This document shows positions 19,313-23,409 of a stretch of 23,409 bases of DNA, piece by piece (position 1 is the stretch's first letter; the number at the start of each line of letters is the position of its first letter). This DNA comes from an uncultured Thermococci archaeon (lineage in GTDB: Archaea > Methanobacteriota_B > Thermococci > Thermococcales > Thermococcaceae): positions 1-23,409 of the forward strand of contig CAZTOS010000024.1 in NCBI GenBank assembly GCA_964615185.1, given 5' to 3'. Position numbers and translations under genes: made by a program. Under the pieces are notes generated by a model. It did no database searches and was not told the origin of the DNA. It saw nothing but the letters and a program-made list of their open reading frames with translations.

Positions 19313-20845
19313 ATGTGCAAGATGGCTCATTTTGGGAACTGCGACCCTGAAACAGCTGACCAAGAGTACTGCATTTTTCATAAACCGGATAAAGATGAAA
19401 AAGAAGCAAGGGAGTTTTACAATAAGCTAGTTCTGAAGTTTTTTGGTTATGTACTTGATATCAAAAGCATTGCAGTAAGAAAATTAGAGAATTTTGAATA
19501 CAACCTTCATTTCTCTAAGAGTATTCCTGTGGGTGGCACTACATACTCCCACAGGGTAAACTACAGATTCGGGTTGTCCCTACGTTGTGAAAAGTTTGTA
19601 TTCCCCCAGATTCCTGTAGATGTGGAATTTTCCTTTAAGTATGCAATTTTTGAAAAGAAAGCAAACTTTAGATTGGCAACATTTATTGGCTACACTACAT
19701 TTGAAGGAGTTATATTCAAAAATGAGGCAATATTTGACTCTGCAATATTTAAAGGAAACACAATCTTTGAAAAAGCACAGTTCAATGGAGTAAGTAGATT
19801 TTCAGATGCAACGTTTGAAATGCCAGCGTACTTTGAGAATTCAGTATTTAATGGGAACGCTATTTTTGAGAGAACTGAATTTCGTAGAGAAACGTATTTT
19901 GAAAATACAACTTTTGGTAAAACAGCAAATTTTGATGAGATAATGTTCTTTAGCAAAGCAAACTTCCAGAAGTGCAGATTTCTGGAGGATGCAAAATTTT
20001 CTGAGGCGTATTTTGAATTAAGTAGTGACTTTGAAGGATGTATCTTTGAAAAATCCGCAGATTTTTCAGCAGCTACTTTCAACGGGTATGTATATTTTGA
20101 CAGAACAATATTCAAAGATGATGTTTCATTCGAGGGCGTTACTTTTAATGAGCCCATTTCATTCAAAGGAAAGCCTGAAGAATACAAATACAAATTCTAC
20201 GGCAAACTTGATTTTTCTCATGCGGATATTAGAAAAGGCATCGATATTGACATTCCAAGCAAATGGTTTAAACTTCCAGAGGCAGAAATCGAAGCCCGCC
20301 GTGTTCAGAGGATTAGCTATGAAAAAGAAGGAAAAAGGTACGAAGCTGACGAAATGTTTGTTCTTGAACGTCGTACTCTACGTAAATGGTTAAAGAGACA
20401 TGCTAAAGAAAGATTCAAAAATGCAGAGGGGATTTATTCAAAATTTGAATCGTTTTTGTACCTTTTATACGTATATTTCGCAACTATAACGGAAGCAGTC
20501 CTAGCGGATTGGATTTCTCGGTATGGAACTAAGTGGAGCCTTATACTGCTTAACTCCTTTGGAGTCATTGGAATAAATGCAATTTTGTACTGGGTACTCT
20601 CAGGATTTGCTAAGAAAACATTTTTGGGCATTCCAATAGGAACGATCTATACAGATGCTTCATCTCAGGGGCTTATTGGGTTCCTCAACGCTCTCTACTA
20701 CAGCCTCGTCACCTTCACCACATTAGGCTACGGTGACATGCACCCAACAGGTTGGTTAAAAATTGTTAGTGGTCTTGAAGCCCTCACAGGCGCAGTCTTC
20801 ATGGCACTTATAGTTGCAGTCATCGCAAGAAAGTGGATGTGCTGA
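19313..20845 (+). CDS. Pentapeptide-repeat protein fused to a C-terminal 2-TM potassium-channel pore domain
   Basis: N-terminal C-x7-C-x9-C-x2-H; about 16 tandem 11-residue Phe-periodic repeats (about 19622-20170); pore helix and filter LYYSLVTFTTLGYGD (TTLGYGD at 20717-20737) flanked by TM helices. Confidence 0.88.
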   Translation: MCKMAHFGNCDPETADQEYCIFHKPDKDEKEAREFYNKLVLKFFGYVLDIKSIAVRKLENFEYNLHFSKSIPVGGTTYSHRVNYRFGLSLRCEKFVFPQIPVDVEFSFKYAIFEKKANFRLATFIGYTTFEGVIFKNEAIFDSAIFKGNTIFEKAQFNGVSRFSDATFEMPAYFENSVFNGNAIFERTEFRRETYFENTTFGKTANFDEIMFFSKANFQKCRFLEDAKFSEAYFELSSDFEGCIFEKSADFSAATFNGYVYFDRTIFKDDVSFEGVTFNEPISFKGKPEEYKYKFYGKLDFSHADIRKGIDIDIPSKWFKLPEAEIEARRVQRISYEKEGKRYEADEMFVLERRTLRKWLKRHAKERFKNAEGIYSKFESFLYLLYVYFATITEAVLADWISRYGTKWSLILLNSFGVIGINAILYWVLSGFAKKTFLGIPIGTIYTDASSQGLIGFLNALYYSLVTFTTLGYGDMHPTGWLKIVSGLEALTGAVFMALIVAVIARKWMC

Positions 20846-20891
20846 ATAGATTTTTATATCCCTTCTTGCAATTTTCTTTTTGGTGATACCT

Positions 20892-22211
20892 ATGAGAATA
20901 GTTGTTGTTGGTTCTGGAACTGCTGGAAGCAACTTCGCGCTTTTTGCAAGGAAAATTGACAGAAAGGCTGAGATTATTGTCATTGGGAAGGAAAAGACCA
21001 TGCAGTACTCACCCTGTGCTCTGCCCTTCGTTCTTAGCGGAAAAATACCAAAGCTTGAGAACATAGTCATCTTTCCAAACAGCTTTTATGAGAAGCAGAA
21101 AATCCAACTGATGCTTGAAACAGAAGCAAAGGAAATTGACAGAGAAAGAAAGGTTGTAATAACAGACAAAGGTGAAGTTCCTTACGATAAGCTCATCTTG
21201 GCAACAGGTTCAAGGGCTTTTGTGCCTCCAATAAAAGGTGTTGAAAACGAGGGAGTTTTCACTCTAAAAAGCATGGATGACGTGAGAAAAATCAAAGCCT
21301 ACATCAAGGAGAGAAAACCGAAGAAAGCTGTTGTTATCGGTGCTGGCCTTATAGGGTTGGAAGGAGCTGTTGCTTTTAGAGAGCTTGGCATGGATGTTTT
21401 GGTCGTAGAGCTTTTGGAACATCTATTGCCAACTATGCTCGATAAGGACATGGCAAGAATTGTGCAACAGTACTTAGAAGAGAAAGGCATAAGCTTCAGG
21501 TTTGGCATTGGGGTAAGCGAGATAATTGGAAGCCCAGTCAGAGCTGTCAAGGTTGGAGACGAAGAAATCGAGGCCGACCTCGTTCTTGTGGCTACTGGAG
21601 TTAGAGCCAACGTTGATTTAGCCAAAAAAGCAGGTCTCGAAGTCAATAAAGGGATAGTTGTAAATGAGTATCTACAAACCAGCGATCCAGACATTTATGC
21701 CATAGGAGACTGTGCAGAGGTCTTTGATGCTGTGACAGGTCAGAGAACCTTAAGTCAGCTCGGCACTACTGCTGTGAGAATGGCAAAGGTTGCTGCTGAG
21801 AATGTCTTCGGCAAAAACGTGAAGTTCAAGCCCGTGTTTAACACAGCAATAACAGAGCTTTTTGATCTTGAAATTGGAACCTTCGGAATGACAGAGGAGA
21901 GAGCTAAGAGAGAGGGTATGAACATTGTTGTTGGAAAGTTCAAAGGTTCAACGAAGCCAGAATATTATCCAGGAGGAAAGCCAATTCACATTAAGCTGAT
22001 TTTCAGAAAAGAGGATAGAAGACTTATTGGAGCCCAGATAGTCGGCGGCGAGAGAGTTTGGGGCAGGATAATGACTCTTTCTGCTTTAGCACAGAAAAAT
22101 GCCACAGTTGAGGACATCGTTTACCTTGAAACTGCTTACGCTCCGCCGATAAGCCCAACCGTTGATCCAATAACCGTTGCAGCGGAGATGGCCTTGAGGA
22201 GGTTTAAGTGA
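20892..22211 (+). CDS. NADH oxidase / CoA-disulfide reductase family flavoprotein
   Basis: GSGTAG FAD fold, single redox Cys in [22 protein letters not shown](P)H fold, YAIGDC and YAPP dimerisation motif; GGTGA SD. Confidence 0.92.
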   Translation: MRIVVVGSGTAGSNFALFARKIDRKAEIIVIGKEKTMQYSPCALPFVLSGKIPKLENIVIFPNSFYEKQKIQLMLETEAKEIDRERKVVITDKGEVPYDKLILATGSRAFVPPIKGVENEGVFTLKSMDDVRKIKAYIKERKPKKAVVIGAGLIGLEGAVAFRELGMDVLVVELLEHLLPTMLDKDMARIVQQYLEEKGISFRFGIGVSEIIGSPVRAVKVGDEEIEADLVLVATGVRANVDLAKKAGLEVNKGIVVNEYLQTSDPDIYAIGDCAEVFDAVTGQRTLSQLGTTAVRMAKVAAENVFGKNVKFKPVFNTAITELFDLEIGTFGMTEERAKREGMNIVVGKFKGSTKPEYYPGGKPIHIKLIFRKEDRRLIGAQIVGGERVWGRIMTLSALAQKNATVEDIVYLETAYAPPISPTVDPITVAAEMALRRFK

Positions 22212-22251
22212 TTTTTCTCTTCTTTCTACACTCTCTTCTGGTGAACCTTCA

Positions 22252-22857
22252 ATGAGGGACATCTACATTCACAACGGCAAATTCACAGAAGAGCATAAAG
22301 GTAAGCTGTTCTTGGACGGTCGGAGAAGGGTAAAGTTAAGCAAGCTCATGACTTACATTTTGAGACACTCTCCGTGGGAATTCAACCTCAATCCAGATGA
22401 TTTCGGTTTTATTGAGCTTGACGAGTTCATTAAAGCCCTCAAAAGTGTTTATCCTTGGGTTGAAGAAGAGCACGTCAGAGCTGTTGTTGAGCTCGATCCA
22501 AAAGGGAGATTTGAAATCAGAGATGATAAAATTAGAGCACGCTATGGGCACAGCTATGAAGTGTTTTTAGACCACGAGGAAGATACGGAAAGCAGAATCC
22601 TTTATCACGGAACACCGCAGAAAAATCTGGACAGCATTCTGAAAGAAGGATTAAAGCCCATGAAGAGGAGGTTTGTTCATCTAACAAAGGATAAAACCGA
22701 AGCATACTACACAGGCTTAAGACACGGCAAAGATGTTGTGATTCTGGTCATTGATGCAGAATGCTTAAGAAGAAAGGGCTACAAGATATACAAAGCCGGT
22801 AAAAACGTTAGAATAGTTAAATACGTTCCGCCCGAGTGCATAGTGCTGTGGGAATGA
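22252..22857 (+). CDS. kptA: RNA 2'-phosphotransferase (Tpt1/KptA)
   Basis: LSKLM-x-[26 protein letters not shown]-x2-EGLKPM-x-R-x2-VHL, RHG and VPPECI. Confidence 0.95.
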   Translation: MRDIYIHNGKFTEEHKGKLFLDGRRRVKLSKLMTYILRHSPWEFNLNPDDFGFIELDEFIKALKSVYPWVEEEHVRAVVELDPKGRFEIRDDKIRARYGHSYEVFLDHEEDTESRILYHGTPQKNLDSILKEGLKPMKRRFVHLTKDKTEAYYTGLRHGKDVVILVIDAECLRRKGYKIYKAGKNVRIVKYVPPECIVLWE

Positions 22858-23171
22858 TTGATTTCTGAAGTCTGAGCGTCAGAAAAAGGCAACCCGAGGG
22901 GAACCAAAGTTGATAGGAACATGATCCTAAAGCTGATTCCAGCCAAATATCCTTTAACATGAAACCAATGACCCATCCAGGGCTCATCATGGCATTTAGA
23001 AGTCCCATCGCCTGTGTTTTTCACTTGTCTTGACCTTCAACTACGTATGTCGAAGCGGAGCTGAGGCTCATTGACCACTTCCAGAGAACACACAAACTAT
23101 AATCATAAGCCAAAGACTCGTGGCGAATGCATGCCCAACAAAGCTTGCATAACCGCCTTTTCTCTCTTCAT
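22857..23171 (-). pseudogene. Degraded MFS transporter (start codon plus C-terminal helices; frameshifted and mostly deleted)
   Basis: Minus-strand AAAGG-TTTATAAA promoter (about 23206-23194) and ATG at 23171 (MKREKAV). Fragments in shifting frames: GYASFVGHAFATSLWLMIIVCVFSG, KWSMSLSSASTYVV, KTQAMGLLNAMMSPGWVIG, GYLAGISFRIMFLSTLVPLGL and FLTLRLQK, which read as MFS TM9-TM12. Confidence 0.75.
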
Positions 23172-23316
23172 TGCTCTCAATTTTCAAAAACGTTTTATAA
23201 ACCTTTGAACATTCAAAGAGAAATTTCATGGCGTAATTTAAGGAACTATTCTGCCCTGGTATATTTAGGCTTGCCTCAGAAACCTTTAAATATCCAGCAC
23301 ATTTCATTAATGCTGG

Positions 23317-23404
23317 GCGGGGGTTGCCGAGCCTGGTCAAAGGCGCGGGATTTAGGGTCCCGTCCCGTAGGGGTTCCCGGGTTCAAATCCCGGCCCCCGC
23401 ACCA
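23317..23404 (+). tRNA. tRNA-Leu(UAG), intron-less, long variable arm, encoded CCA
   Basis: Acceptor stem GCGGGGG (23317-23323)/CCCCCGC (23394-23400); anticodon stem CGGGA/TCCCG with loop TTTAGGG (TAG at 23353-23355); T-loop GTTCAAATC; discriminator A followed by CCA; TATA box TTTAAATA at 23285-23292. Confidence 0.97.
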
Positions 23405-23409
23405 GAAAC

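Noticed and set aside
19690..20193. 167-aa antisense ORF with periodic Lys/Asn, plus other long antisense ORFs (e.g. 14972-15559, 18708-19220, 21299-21694)
   Set aside because: These are shadow frames of well-supported genes; the periodicity simply mirrors the Phe repeats on the coding strand.
20892..22211. Calling the flavoprotein the NAD(P)H:sulfur oxidoreductase Nsr
   Set aside because: Thermococcales have several paralogues with the same motifs and orthology cannot be settled by eye; no SurR site was seen upstream.
22870..22990. Minus-strand ATGATGA ... CTGA as a box C/D sRNA
   Set aside because: The spacing is over 100 nt, far longer than the 50-60 nt typical of Thermococcales guides. 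No clear D'/C' boxes are present, and the sequence is explained by pseudogene codons (AMMS).
22779..23340. Minus-strand ORFs 22779-23024, 22817-23008 and 23068-23340 as independent small genes
   Set aside because: Each contains a piece of the same frameshifted MFS relic, and the last one starts inside the tRNA.
23317..23409. tRNA-Leu as an att site of an integrated element
   Set aside because: There is no integrase, no duplicated tRNA fragment and no mobile genes in the window; sequence downstream of the tRNA is not visible.

Overview
Chromosomal window from a Thermococcales archaeon. The evidence is the 23S rRNA sequence, class I LysRS, PAN, GGTGA-type SD sites and BRE/TATA promoters; the AT-rich coding DNA is more like the T. 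litoralis/sibiricus group, which is inference only. The window opens with the 3' end of 23S rRNA (no linked 5S) and closes with tRNA-Leu(UAG). Between them lie mostly conserved genes: MDP-1-like HAD phosphatase, DUF366, a polyprenol-kinase-like membrane protein, a basic hypothetical protein, lysS, a lone iorB, an AbrB-PhoU regulator, plant-type asparaginase-MFS-LipS2, a TPR-like protein, Rio2, PAN, a stand-alone Cas6, an AglH/MraY-family transferase, a HAD-GT2 fusion with DUF2304, dCMP deaminase, an M48 peptidase with a BlaI/CopY repressor, pyrH, a pentapeptide-repeat/K+-channel fusion, an NADH oxidase-family flavoprotein and KptA/Tpt1. Two gaps in the ORF track are heavily deleted, frameshifted MFS pseudogenes. 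The best leads are (i) an orphan Cas6 that appears to have lost its catalytic triad and has no CRISPR array or cas genes in the window, (ii) a mosaic-looking Cys/His + 11-residue-repeat + K+-pore protein, (iii) an archaeal BlaI/BlaR-like pair with candidate operators, and (iv) a lipid-linked glycosylation module with a HAD-fused GT2 and a DUF2304 partner. All family assignments come from motif recognition and recalled sequences; no database searches were run.
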